A stretch of 64,000 nt of DNA from Hydrolagus affinis (lineage: Eukaryota). The notes under the pieces are model-generated. The model was not told the DNA's origin and searched no databases. It worked only from the letters and a program-made list of their open reading frames with translations. Position numbers and translations under genes: made by a program. The stretch is taken from the NCBI GenBank assembly GCA_012026655.1, contig JAAILG010001349.1, positions 1 to 64,000 of the forward strand, written 5' to 3'. This document shows, piece after piece, positions 52,590-64,000 of this stretch (position 1 is its first letter; each line of letters begins with the position of its first letter).

Positions 52590-52761
52590 ACCGGAAGCGA
52601 GCTGAACTTAAAAAGGGAAGGAAACGGACCCTTGAATAACAGTTGTAGTAAAATATAAAACTTGAGTTTCGTTATGTCACAGCAGCCACACAGTTTGAAC
52701 AAACAAATAAATAACTAAACTAGCCACAGTTTCTGAACAAGTCATTTTACTCAGAATCCTG
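52590..52761 (+). promoter_or_regulatory. Probable PLD4 promoter and non-coding first exon
   Basis: ETS sites CCGGAAG (52591) and AAAAGGGAAG (52611); TATAAAA at 52654-52660; strong donor CTG|gtaagt at 52761/2. Confidence 0.5.
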
Positions 52762-53371
52762 GTAAGTATTATTCTGCAATTTTGACTTAGGTGACTTGTG
52801 TTTTCTGTGAATCTAGTTCCTTACATGTTTGATTTACAGCTCCATCTTGTAGAATTTTAAAAGGGAAGTGAACAGATCAGCAGTTGTGTTCTTAAAAGTT
52901 GTTTCGTTTACTGTCATTTAATTGTTCTTGTATTTTACTCATTGATATTGCAAAAAGACAGTGAATCACACAGAGTATTTGTTCTTCTCTCATTGAAAGA
53001 GATTATATAATACACATCTACTCCTGGGATGTTCCTCAATGCCAATTTTATAACCTATATCATAGGAATAAAGAAAGATTAAGGAACGGTAAGTGCACAG
53101 GTTTATCTGAACCTTCAGTTGAATATACTTCCTCTTAAGTGGCTTTGGTTATTAGTAGGTTTATTTAACAAAGTATAAAATGCATAGCATTGATATGGCT
53201 TTTCATATCTAATATTTGAAAAGAAGAATAATTCAGACTAGAATTTGTAAAACAGCACAATAGAAGCTAAGGTGCCCTTTTGTGAAGTATTATTCTCAGA
53301 CCCCACTACATCCGGAATTATTGGCTTGGGTTAGGACTGAATCAGTGAGTGAAAGGTAACTAAATACAATA

Positions 53372-53757
53372 TAGGTAGACCTCGCTTAACTTTGCCCTGC
53401 TTAACGTTAATTGGTTTTTACATTGCTGATACATTGGGAACATATAGTCATTTAACGTTGCTATGTTCGGTATTATATCGTTCGCCCGGGTGGAAAGAGC
53501 ACGACGGCACTAGGACATGGCAGTGAGCCAAACTTGCAGCGAGTGAGACGAGTCAGCTGGCACCAAGTGAGTGAGCTGGGCAGGCAGTCAGGGAGCGAGA
53601 ATTATGGGTTTTTTTCTAAAGAAAATTTTGTCGAGAAATGTCCAAAACCTAACCAGTTTTTACATTTATTATGGGGAAAATCTATTCGCTTAGCGTCTCT
53701 TTCACTTGAATCATACTTTTCAAGAACCCAACTACAACGTTAAACAGGGTCTACATG
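53372..53757. mobile_element. Tigger/pogo-like MITE with family B TIRs
   Basis: TAGGTAGACCTCGCTTAAC...GTTAAACAGGGTCTACATG. Confidence 0.72.
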
Positions 53758-55138
53758 TTTCTACTTATTCAGAATATGATACAACAATATTGCCCATAAA
53801 TAAGTTTCAGTTTCAGGCAACACTACAATGTTTGTATTCAGCATATGATGCAACAGTATTGGCCATATGCGTCTGTTGGGGTGGATTTTAAAGTGCCCAA
53901 GGCACCATTCAAACAGAAGGAAGTTTTCTCTGGTATCCTACTTAACAGAACTCCAGATAAATTATTCATTTACTACATAGCTGTTTGTGTATCTGATTTA
54001 GAGCAAAACAACTATTTTGTCCTTTTTAATTTCCTTATTTTTAGCTTGCCTGCGTCAAAAAGGTGTAGTAATAAGATCTATCATATTGACATGAAACCAA
54101 TCCTGAGACTATTGAACCTCAGGTGCTAATTTTCAATGACTTCAAAAAGGAAGCAGGCACTTGAATAACAAGTTGTAGTAAATTATAAAATTGTGTTTTG
54201 TTACATCATAGCAGCTGCACAGTTAGAACATGGGTTTTCCAGAGTTTTAATTACGTGAAAATTAATTTATAAAAAACTAATATATTGGGCTCAGGGGAGG
54301 GGGTGGGGGAGGTGCAATGACAGGAAGCATAAAAGAGCTCTGTAACACCAAATTCTACATCCTTCCAGAGGCGGATGATAATAATTGTTCCATTTGATAT
54401 GATGCCTTATTGTGTTATTGGGGTGTCTCAAAGTAAAGTGAATTGCGCACGGCAGTGTTCTATAAAAGGTAGTGGATAGAGTGATTAAAAAAAACACAGG
54501 TTTAACAGATTAACAATAGCCCTTGCTCGGAAGGGGGCCATTCAGCGACGGACTGGCCTTGTGACTTATGTGAGTTTTACTTGTAATACCACAAACCTAC
54601 AGACTAAAAACTACTCATTTCCATTAAAGCAAAAAAACACGTGAGTCGCAGGTTATTTTGGTATTGATGAGAGCCTCCTTGAATAATTTCCCCTTTAAAA
54701 TACTTTGTTATTTTAGTTCAACACTCATTTTTGGACCACGGATGCTTTATTAACTTTTGATTCCCAAGTGGAGCTTGTTTGAGGAAATGACAAGATGATG
54801 AAGACGAACCTGAAGCACATCTGCTTTTAGAATTTACCAACTCTACCACCTTCCTCTTACAGAAAATCTAGGCGTTTCATAAACGAGTGAGCGCATCAGA
54901 TAAATCTTGAGCACAGCAACTATTTACTACTGCAGTACTGATATAAGTGGAAGCACACAAGGTTTACAAATATTCACCTAGCAAAAGGAGTGGGAGGAGC
55001 TGATTTAGTTGTGTTGCAATAAGGTCCCCAAGATGATAACTTTTGCATTTTAAAGCTGCATAATGCCACCTAGTGTTGCAAAAACATATAGCTTTTCTGT
55101 TCACAACAGACTCAAAATAGCAATTTTCAAGTACAGTA

Positions 55139-55740
55139 CAATTATTCCTCGCTTTAACATCGTAGTTGTGTTCTTGAAAAGTGCAACTTTAAGCGAAACG
55201 ACTTTAAGCAAACACATTTTTCCCATAAGAATTAATGTATAAACTGGACTTAGGTTCTTTTGGACATTTTTCGTCAAAATTTTCTTTAAAAACAATGTAA
55301 GTTGAAATACATATACATTCATAAATATAAAATATAAAACAATATAAATTTAAAAAAACAATGCTCATGGCATCAAAATGGGTTACAACATCTAATTTCA
55401 TTTAGAGAGTAATAGTTTTCCTTTTTTTTTACTACCAGACTCACCACTGTCACTTCCTCGGCATTTTTGACTCATGTTTATAGAGGATTGCACAAATAAA
55501 TCACAATTTAAAAAATATTATTGATCTCACACCTGCGCACAAACTTAAAATGGCGACGTTAAGACTGTGGATGGACGCTGCGTCAGGATACTGGACGGTA
55601 GTCTACGCTACCCAAACTACGGTAGTTCGTTTCCACCCACTGGCAAATGATGTAATAGCGAACATCATGATGTTAAATGAATGTATGTTCCCTATGTATC
55701 AGCAATGTAATAATGAAACAACGTTGACTGAAGTGATCTT
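55139..55740. mobile_element. Tigger-like DNA transposon relic
   Basis: cctcgctttaacatcgtagttgtgttcttgaaaag...ttttcccata matches the right end of the 53372-53757 element in inverted orientation. Confidence 0.6.
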
Positions 55741-55913
55741 TTTGCAAAAACTCTGCTTAACATGAAGCATTTGCTTTTGGTCATGGGGGAGGCTGACCTG
55801 TTTAATATTTCTGTGGTTTAATTGTTGATATTGTGTGCTGCTGCAATAATTGTGATTCCCTTTGACACAATAGACGTCACATTCTACAGAAGATTTGATT
55901 TTATCTCATATAA

Positions 55914-56015
55914 ATGAAGTCCTTCGAGAACCCTGAAAATCAAGTTTCACAAGCTCTGTATGAACAGCCTTTAAGTCAAATTGGTGCAAGTCATCGGAAA
56001 AGCAACAACAAATGG
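55914..56015 (+). CDS. PLD4: PLD4 probable first coding exon ([10 protein letters not shown]...NNKW), cytosolic tail
   Basis: ATG at 55914 after a tacag acceptor near 55889; TGG|gtaggt donor; phase 0 fits the next exon. Confidence 0.6.
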
Positions 56016-59000
56016 GTAGGTAATAAGACCCACACAGTTTTTAAAATAATATATAATAATAGTACTGGGATTTGATATAGCACATTATAAGTTCATTGCG
56101 ATGTCTCAAAGCACTTCACGGAATATACATCAAAGTGAATTAACTACATTTACACTGTTTAAATAATTCTAAAGTAGCTTTCGAAAGAAAAACAATTCTA
56201 ACATAGAAGATATATCTATTTTCTCTGTATTTTATTTTTTCTGGGTATTGTTTGAGTAAAACTAGTACTATTGCAGGGTGAACAAACTGGCTTTTGTAGA
56301 ATCCTGTTTAACAACACAAACAACTTTGTTTATAAACAGCATTTATAAAGCTACCTCAGACAGGGTAGTGTCCTAGAGCTCTTGGATCAGAATAATTGTC
56401 AAGAAATTGAAGGCAAAAAGAAGAGGAAAATGTAACAGTAAGATTGCAAACATAAGGATGTTGTGTTGCTTCTGCTTTTCAAGTGTTTTTTTGCCTTGTG
56501 AATGTGTTTCAGCACCGAGGACCAACTGTTGAGTACATATTTATCACTTTCTGCTTGGCGATAATAGTATTTGGTCTGTTCTACCCCAAGTTAACAAACT
56601 ACATTACAGATCCTGACAAAATCGAGGAAGTTGCAACCGATGCTTCTTGTGATGATCCCTGCAGGTAAATCAGTAAGACTGTAAGCATTGTCTTAGCCCC
56701 ACAGAGAAATAAATCCTTTCAGGCTGTAGTATATTTCACCAAAAATATCCTTAAAAGCTCCACAAAAACCTTTGTACAGTGAGCGATGATGATAATAATA
56801 ATCTTTGCATTTGATATAGCGCCTTATTATATTGTTGAGACATCTGAAACCACTTCAGAAAATGTACTGTAAAGGGAATTGATTGTATTTTTTGAGGGTG
56901 AAACACAGCACAGCAGTGTCCCACAAACAGTCGTGGATTGAGTGACCAAGTTAGTTTTTTTTAATGATGTTAATTCCTTTTTAAAAAATGTGGTTTTTAA
57001 CTAGCAAATTCTCCAAATCACCCAAGTCTTAAGAAGCATTGCAACTGGAAACTCTGTTATAATGTAAATCTTGTATCTTTGTAACCAAGACAAATATAAT
57101 ATACATTATAAAAATTGATGAAACCAAATACTGTAATATGCAGACATTTCCAGTGCACTGCAGCAGAATATTGCTCTTTTTTAATAGAGTTATTTAATTT
57201 ATTAAAGGAAACGTGCAGTGTAATAGGAAAAATCGGAATGAATTTACTTCAAGATACAAATCAAAGATTAAATCTAAATCTTCATTGCCATGGATTGCAT
57301 GAACCTTTTGCTTCCCTGGTAGAGCAGCTAACCAATAACCACATTCATCTCACAGTTTTGTTCTGGTAGAAACTATTCCATGTGATATGGCTTACGAAGA
57401 AAGTGCCAATGAATATCAATCCATATACCATGCTTGGATGGATCTCATCAAGATAGCCCAAAACAGCCTGGATATTGCCTCCTTCTATTGGACTCTTGCT
57501 GGGAGTGATATAAATGTCACCGACCCTAGTTCTAAGCCGGTAAGTTACAAAAAAACGAACTTCTGGTCCCTGCCCTAATTGATTCTACTGCATATGAAAT
57601 ATTATATTATTCTGTCTTAGTGATGCATTCTTTGTCCGTTATACTGCAGTTGTTTTTGTACCTATTCCTCCCTACTTACCTCGGCATCCTCTCTGAGTTG
57701 CCAAAGTAAAGCTAACAATTTGATGGAAGAATGAATCAGTGACCTTTTCCATTCTATGTCTTCATAATGTCTTATTTATTTTTGATGTGCTGCCAAAAGG
57801 GTGAACTCCTCCTTCAAGAACTGGGGAAATTGCCATCACGTAATGTCAGTGTTCGCATTGCAACAAGTGAAAGGTCACTTCCACACCTGGTTTCCACCGA
57901 TCTCAAATTTCTTAAGGATAAAGGTAAAAAGGGAACATTTGTTTGATGACTTTGATGCCTGATTTTACTGTGGTCAGTTATAAGCTTGTTAGGAAATGAG
58001 ACCACAGTGAGCAGAGCAACCACTGTTTTAGAGCTAGATTGTGTCATGGAAAAGTTATTTAATTTTATAAGTCTTATAATACTCCGTACTTTACAGGTGA
58101 ATGTGTGTTTCCTATGTGTATGAAAAGCTCTCACTTTTATTTGCTTTTTCATTTTAACTTAATAAACCTACAGAAGTGCTTTTGGAGAATTCAGAGGCTT
58201 GACTTTCAGCAACAACAACTAGAAACTTACATTTGTATAGTGCTTTTCACTTTGGGAGGACATCTCAAGGACATCTACAATTATTTGAGTAAAATAATCA
58301 AGAAAAATAACATACAGTAACTTGATTTTATATATTTTTAAAAATATTTAAAAAATCATGGATTGCAAAAGTTACTCGTAGTTTTTATTGATTTCTGATA
58401 AAAAGACAGCAAGACTCATACTTTAAAACAAAGATATAGAAAAGATGAAAAATATAAATAACATTTACTACTAAAGAGGTGATTTGCTGTGAAATTTGGA
58501 ATGTTCTATTCATGGCAGCACTTGATATTTCAAACTGAGCTATCATCTTTATTTGATTTTTTTTATACAGATGCAATAATATATGGTTTAATGCTGGTGC
58601 TCAATGTTTGAACATACTGTTTATTTTGTGACAGGAATTCAAGTAAGAAAGGTGGACTTTGATAAGTTAACGAAAGGTGTATTGCACACAAAATTCTGGA
58701 TTGTAGATAAGAAACACATTTACATTGGTAGTGCAAATATGGATTGGAGATCACTTACTCAGGTGAGAGAAGTGTGCCTGCCTTATTGTACATTTTTTTT
58801 TGGTAGGTTTAGTGAGCCACCATCCTATGTTTGCACCTAAAGTCATCTTGGATGTTCTGTTAGAGATACTTGCTATCCCATATTTTCAAACACATAAACC
58901 TCATGAATTTGAAGTTATTCTTAGATTCCATAAAAGGACAAACCTCTGTGTGTTCCCAAAACTCGTGTGATATCCATCAATCTTTGTGAAGGATGGTGAG

Positions 59001-62000
59001 AAAGAAACACTTCAAAAACAGAGTTTAACCATATGTCAGAAATAAAAGCAGTTACATCTCGATGTGCCAAGATTTAACATTATTTAATTTAAGGTAAAAC
59101 TCTGACCTCCTAAAACCCGTTCGAAATCTGTTACCAGTGTGATTCAACTCAGATTAATGTAACAAGGATGTTCGTCTGTTTAAATTTTATATATTTTTCT
59201 GGTTGGAGGACAACCATAGCAAAACCATGAGACTGATACCATCCATCATTATGAACTGAGTTGAAAAGATCCAAGTATGATCTAGTAGTTTGCGCAACAA
59301 ATTAATATGCAATTATCTGGGAAATTTGACCTTATTATATTATCAGATATGGTCACAGATCATTTCCATGAAATTTCTTGCAGGTGAAAGAGCTGGGTGC
59401 TGTGATTTATAACTGCAGCTGCCTTGCCAATGATTTCTCCAAAATCTTTGAGGCTTACTGGGATCTTGGCCAGTGTAATTCCTCCATTCCTTCTCCATGG
59501 CCATCAAGATACTCCACCACATTTAACAAGGAGACACCTTTGAAAATAAAACTGAATGGAACTGCTGCAGAGGCGTATTTCTCAGTGAGTGGATACAGTG
59601 GTCTATCGATTCCTAGAAGCACAGTAATTGCACAGTGCAGCAAATAATAAAATAACACAACCTGCCTGGCTACTGAGCTAATGAGCTTAGTCTTTCCTCT
59701 GAGTTGGTAGGTAGTGATGGCAAGCCCCATATTGAGACTTTAAACTCATAGACTAGGCTAGCACTTCAGTGTTGTGCTGTGAATATACTGCATTGTTAGA
59801 AGTGTCATGTTTCCATTAAATCAAGATCCCGTCTGTCTGTTCAAGTGGATTTTGACAATCCCATGATACTATTTGAAAAGAGAAGGGAGGTGCTCCTAGT
59901 ATCTTCACCAACATTCCCCCAGATTTAAAAAAAAACATTAACTTCATGGCTATTTGGGGAACACCTCTGTGTGCAAATTAGCTGCCATCAAGAGGACATC
60001 CCAGGGTGCTGAAACAATGCCAATAATTCAGCCTCCCACTAAATACAATCTCCATTTTACAAGGATCTTCTGTGGCTGAAAGGGTTAACATCACTAAAGT
60101 CAGCATTGATGTCTTAATTATAGCAAAGAATAATTTTGCAAACCATTACTGAGCAGAACCAAAGCACATGCTCAATACATATTCAAAGTAGTGAGATGAG
60201 AAATAGATACATAACAATCACTTAATGGATTTAGCAAATGTTGCATGCATCTGCTTGGGTTAAGCAAAGTTCTAAAATAAGAAGCAGATGTTTCCTGTGA
60301 AATAAAACACATTTCCCCCTTTATTTCTTTAATGGTTGTCTTGTATACTTTCTGTCTGCGACAGGAAATGTGTGGAAACAAAGAAAATGTTAATATATTT
60401 TGCCATCAGAATAATTATTTCAATGTGGAATTCTTAACAACAGGGTTCAGCTCTCACACTATCATGAATCTGGCCCCTACTCCCTCAGGTTATCTCAAAA
60501 GAGTTGCACTGATGAAAAGATTGCAGTGATACCATTGAAAATATTTGTCTGCACTGCACACACTGGATAATTTGTTTGGCCCCAAACTTCCAAGTCCAGC
60601 GCAACTCTGCACCAAGTTTCAGTTTGACCTAGAGTGGCAATATGAATCAGTCGAGTTTTCAGTCCCTTTGCCTCAATTCTTCTCTTACCTCCTTCAAGGC
60701 CAATCTCAAGATCCTCCTTTTTGACTGCACCTTTGGTCATCCTCACCTATACTCCCACCTTCCCTGCCCCTCCCTGCCGACTGATTCCAACCTTGGGTAC
60801 TAATCCTTAATTGTCCATTAAAGTCCTCCTGACAGGAAATGCGCTGTACAAACATATTTTGTTTTTGTTGTTTAGTGTGTTTTCTCCATTCCTGAGGTAC
60901 AAGGATGTTCTAATTTAGTTGATGTGGATACACTTGAAGCAAATGAGCCAAATGCACATACTTTATATCAGGGCTTTGGGTATTGGTTCTAACAACAGGG
61001 TTCAGCTCTCACACTGTCATGAATCTGGCCCCTACTATCCCATCAGAATTAGTCTTTATATTAAAGTTGGTTTAGAATGTGCCAAATCACCCGTTAAATT
61101 GTTCTTTGTTGCAGAGTTCACCTCCTAACCTGTGTCCAGAGGGACGAACTCCTGACCTTGATGCTATTCTCAGTGGTATTGATACAGCAAAACAGTTTCT
61201 GTATATATCTGTCATGGAATATTTTCCAACATCACGCTTTCTAGAACACGAATTGTAAGTAACGTAGATGATGAATGTGATGCGGCTAGACCTTAGAAAT
61301 GTCATCACAAATGAAGAACTACATTTTACTTTATGACCTAGGTATTGGCCTCTTATTGACGACTCACTGAGAAGAGCAGCTATTGAGCGACATGTGCATG
61401 TTAAAATGTTGATTGGGTACTGGCGTCACACTGACAATTCCATGCTGGCTTACCTTAAATCACTGCATGTCCTTAGAATGATCAGAAAAGTCCATTTTGA
61501 AGTGGTAAGTAATCTTTTTTTAAAAGGAAAAAAAAATCACTGACAGCATTGATCCTTCATATAAAATGTAACATTTCACGTAGAAAATTTGACTGAAGGT
61601 GAAGTATTTTTTTTAGATAACGTGCCTCAAAGAATTCTTGGGGATTTTTTCATTTAAATAATGATGTTTCATTTTAATTCTTAGTTTGCTAAAAAAAACA
61701 AATAATTAGGTATCTTGAAATTATGCCAAACTTTGACCCTCTTTCTGCACAATAATTTGTCACTGTTGATTTTCACTAGTTTTTTTTCAACGTTAATTTG
61801 TAAATGTTTCACCTTTTGACAGAGACTGTTCATTGTTCCTGTCGGAAAGCACAGCAACATTCCATATGCCAGAGTGTTTCACGACAAGTACTTTGTGACA
61901 GAGAATGTGGCATATGTAGGTAAGAAATTAACATGTCATTGACCTGCAGTGGCAAGTAAATGAGGAAACATTCCAGAGCGTACTTTAAACTTGGTTAAAT

Positions 62001-62485
62001 GGCAGCATAAACACTTAATGTCACTATGTAAAAATTAAAGGGAATTTGATGAAGTCTCAATCACTTAGTGTATCACGTAGTGCAGCTTAGAGTATTTGAA
62101 ATTTGCTCAAAGTCATTCGCTCTCTGCTTTATGATAGAAAATATGAATATTTTATCCCCAAATAAGTGTAACTTTTTCAATATCTGCTTTTTATGGATAA
62201 ATGGATATAAACTTCTCAACGTTCATTGAGAAGTTTTCTGTCAAACTTCAAAAGACCATTTTTAAACCAAACATATCCCAACTTCTAGGTACATCTAACT
62301 GGTCCTTTGATTACTTCAATTCTACAACTGGAGTGGGTCTGATTATTAATCAGTCTTCGGAAAATGGCACACAAGTTGGCAAGACAGCTCAGTATCAGCT
62401 AAAGAGACTGTTTGAACGAGACTGGAACTCAAAGTATTCTGTAAGCGTGACTGATTTGAAAGATGATGGCCACTTCTTTGTTTAG
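55914..62485 (+). CDS. PLD4: 5'-3' exonuclease PLD4 (phospholipase D family member 4), gene span, 10 coding exons, about 495 aa
   Basis: Exons 55914-56015, 56513-56664, 57356-57539, 57800-57923, 58635-58762, 59384-59584, 61115-61254, 61342-61504, 61823-61919, 62289-62485 join in frame (1488 nt). Type II TM helix, [51 protein letters not shown]. Intact catalytic motifs argue against PLD5; the position after CEP170B favours PLD4 over PLD3. Confidence 0.88.
56513..56664 (+). CDS. PLD4: PLD4 exon with TM helix ([17 protein letters not shown]) and CDDPC
   Basis: ttcag| acceptor; AG|gtaaat donor. Confidence 0.85.
56785..56960 (-). mobile_element. 3' half of the same SINE family (PLD4 intron)
   Basis: ataataatctttgcatttgatatagcgcc...cagcagtgtcccacaaacagtcgtggattgagtgacc. 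Confidence 0.78.
57356..57539 (+). CDS. PLD4: PLD4 exon (FVLVETIP...IASFYWTL...SSKP)
   Basis: cacag| acceptor; CCG|gtaagt donor. Confidence 0.9.
57800..57923 (+). CDS. PLD4: PLD4 exon ([21 protein letters not shown]...KDK)
   Basis: aag| acceptor; AAG|gtaaaa donor. Confidence 0.85.
58635..58762 (+). CDS. PLD4: PLD4 exon with the first HKD motif ([29 protein letters not shown])
   Basis: HxKxxxxD at 58685-58708; canonical splice sites. Confidence 0.95.
59384..59584 (+). CDS. PLD4: PLD4 exon ([26 protein letters not shown]...AYFS)
   Basis: tgcag| acceptor; |gtgagt donor. Confidence 0.93.
59670..59990 (+). mobile_element. Degenerate DeuSINE (SacSINE1/AmnSINE1-like) relic
   Basis: Ordered blocks ctaggctagcacttcagtg / cccgtctgtctgttcaagtgga / atcccatgatactatttgaa / tgtgtgcaaattagctgcc resemble the Deu domain as I recall it. 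Confidence 0.6.
60435..61036 (+). repeat. 47-bp direct repeat pair (60435-60481 and 60990-61036) in a PLD4 intron
   Basis: taacaacagggttcagctctcacact(a/g)tcatgaatctggcccctact; 1 mismatch. Confidence 0.92.
61115..61254 (+). CDS. PLD4: PLD4 exon ([19 protein letters not shown]...ISVMEYFP)
   Basis: tgcag| acceptor; |gtaagt donor. Confidence 0.93.
61342..61504 (+). CDS. PLD4: PLD4 exon ([16 protein letters not shown]...FEV)
   Basis: cctag| acceptor; |gtaagt donor. Confidence 0.92.
61823..61919 (+). CDS. PLD4: PLD4 exon with the second catalytic motif HxKxxxxE ([15 protein letters not shown])
   Basis: gacag| acceptor; G|gtaaga donor; the HKE form is typical of PLD3/PLD4. Confidence 0.93.
62289..62485 (+). 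CDS. PLD4: PLD4 last coding exon ([10 protein letters not shown]...[11 protein letters not shown]...stop)
   Basis: tctag| acceptor; TAG at 62483-62485. Confidence 0.92.
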
Positions 62486-62696
62486 AATTAACAGATGAGT
62501 ATAATGCTTCACATATAGATTTTAGTAAATATGTTGCATCTCTCAGCCATTCTATTGCATTTATTAATCATGACTGGATGGGGGTATTACAGATGGGAAA
62601 ACAGCCACTTAAAGGCAAACCTTTTCATATTGTTGAAAATGGAAAAGTGAAATTCGTAAGAAATGGTCTCTGAATTCCTACATTTTTTTCACGCTA

Positions 62697-62698
<2 letters not shown>

Positions 62699-62742
<44 letters not shown>
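62699..62742. repeat. (AATC)10 tetranucleotide microsatellite at the tail of a minus-strand retroelement end
   Basis: Perfect AATC array followed by aacttacatttatatagcacc...gacgtcccaagg. Confidence 0.92.
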
Positions 62743-62744
<2 letters not shown>

Positions 62745-64000
62745 CTTACATTTATATAGCACCTTTGAAGTCGTGAGGACGTCCCAAGGCTCTGTACAGT
62801 CAGGTTGGGACAAGAGCAGAGGGGGAGGGGTTGCTAATTCATGGGAAACTAAGATTTGCAAAGCAGTGAATCATTGTGTTACATTGAGCATTCATGTAAT
62901 TAATGAATGCCTGAAAATAGCCATTAATGATTATCCTTGAAATCAATGCCGCTTTTCTGGTAATGAATTTAAATTCATAAGTGTGCCCTCTTGCAATGTC
63001 ACAATCTGAGAATTTTAACCATTTGCTGTGTAATTCTGCTTTATTCTGCTGATTAACATTGTTGCTAAGACATCATAAGCCACCTTAGTTCCAGTGGCTG
63101 TAAATTGTGAATGCATGAACCTACATGTGCTGCTTCAGTTATACTGTCTTACAGCAGGTACTTTTTAATGTTAAGGAAGACATTTCATACTTGCAACGGA
63201 AAATAACACAAATATGATATATTTTGACAATGTATCATCCTGAAAAAGCTGAGGTATGTTTTTCATTTTAAAAACTCTAGGTTAAGGCAATTTATATTTT
63301 GTGTATCATCTGCAGTTTATTTTAACAAAAATGACAAATATACTTTGCATATATAGCTCCCATAAATATATTACTTCAGGTTTGAATTAAAAATCTAACC
63401 TATACTACTGTGTTTGCTGAGGCTTAACTAAAATCTTTGTGGGATAAATCTTGGCGCTGAATCCTGTGGTGATCATTTTACAATTATGCTTCATACTACA
63501 GTATATAAAGAGATTTAAGTTTTTAAATTCTGTGAAATAATGGAATGCTTAATTGCAACCTATGAAGTGTGCTTTGGTGATTTTAAAAAATGAATTAATA
63601 AAAATATTTGGAAGACAATATGTATTTGTTACCCTTTGGAACTATCCCGCAGTCCTTCTGCCTCGCCACCCCACTTCCTTGTCGCTTTAAAACCTGTCTC
63701 AAGACCCTCCTCTTCGACCGTACCTTCAGTCTGAAAGTGGAGTTACCAAAGAAGTAACAAGAATGCTGAATAATAACTTGGTGAAACATTCTGTGAAGGA
63801 GAGGCTAACAATAATTATAGTTACGCGAGTTGCTGGTTTTCACTTTCTTTATTTCATTTCTTAGAGACCTGGTGCATCTCTGTACCAACATAAACATCAG
63901 TTTAATACCACTGAAAGAAGTATGATATTACTTTGGTTTGTTAAAAGGTTTCTTAGTTTGTTTGATTATCCAGATGGTTAGACAATATAAGAATTTCATG

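Noticed and set aside
54780-54890. Exon-like segment with ATGs and an acidic DDEDEPE frame upstream of PLD4
   Set aside because: The frames I checked stop before the candidate donor; at most a non-coding 5' exon.

Overview
Vertebrate genomic DNA, AT-rich and intron-rich, with one 100-N scaffold gap at 18022-18121. It holds three protein-coding genes, all on the + strand. (1) ZBTB42 (BTB plus 4 C2H2 zinc fingers), one large coding exon at 1199-2635. (2) CEP170B (N-terminal FHA domain, C-terminal CEP170 domain), 18 coding exons hand-assembled from 21505 to 48863 (about 1688 aa), with a CpG-island promoter near 18.95-19.55 kb and a U12-type AT-AC minor intron at 25149-25755. (3) PLD4 (type II membrane PLD3/PLD4-family endolysosomal 5' exonuclease), 10 coding exons at 55914-62485 (about 495 aa). 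The gene order matches human 14q32.33. Non-coding DNA carries a tRNA-headed SINE, DeuSINE-like and LF-SINE-like relics, L2 and CR1 3' ends, Tigger/pogo-like MITEs and a Penelope-like end with a degenerate minimal hammerhead. These repeats suggest a cartilaginous fish, possibly a chimaera; that is inference only. I found no wholly new multi-gene system. The best leads are the AT-AC intron, a triplicated ETS/TATA promoter module upstream of PLD4, paired loss of two Cys in PLD4, a retroelement tail forming the ZBTB42 acceptor tract, a stop-free in-frame 99-nt intron and a 39-nt candidate cassette exon in CEP170B, and two local duplications. Family names come from recalled consensus sequences, not database searches.
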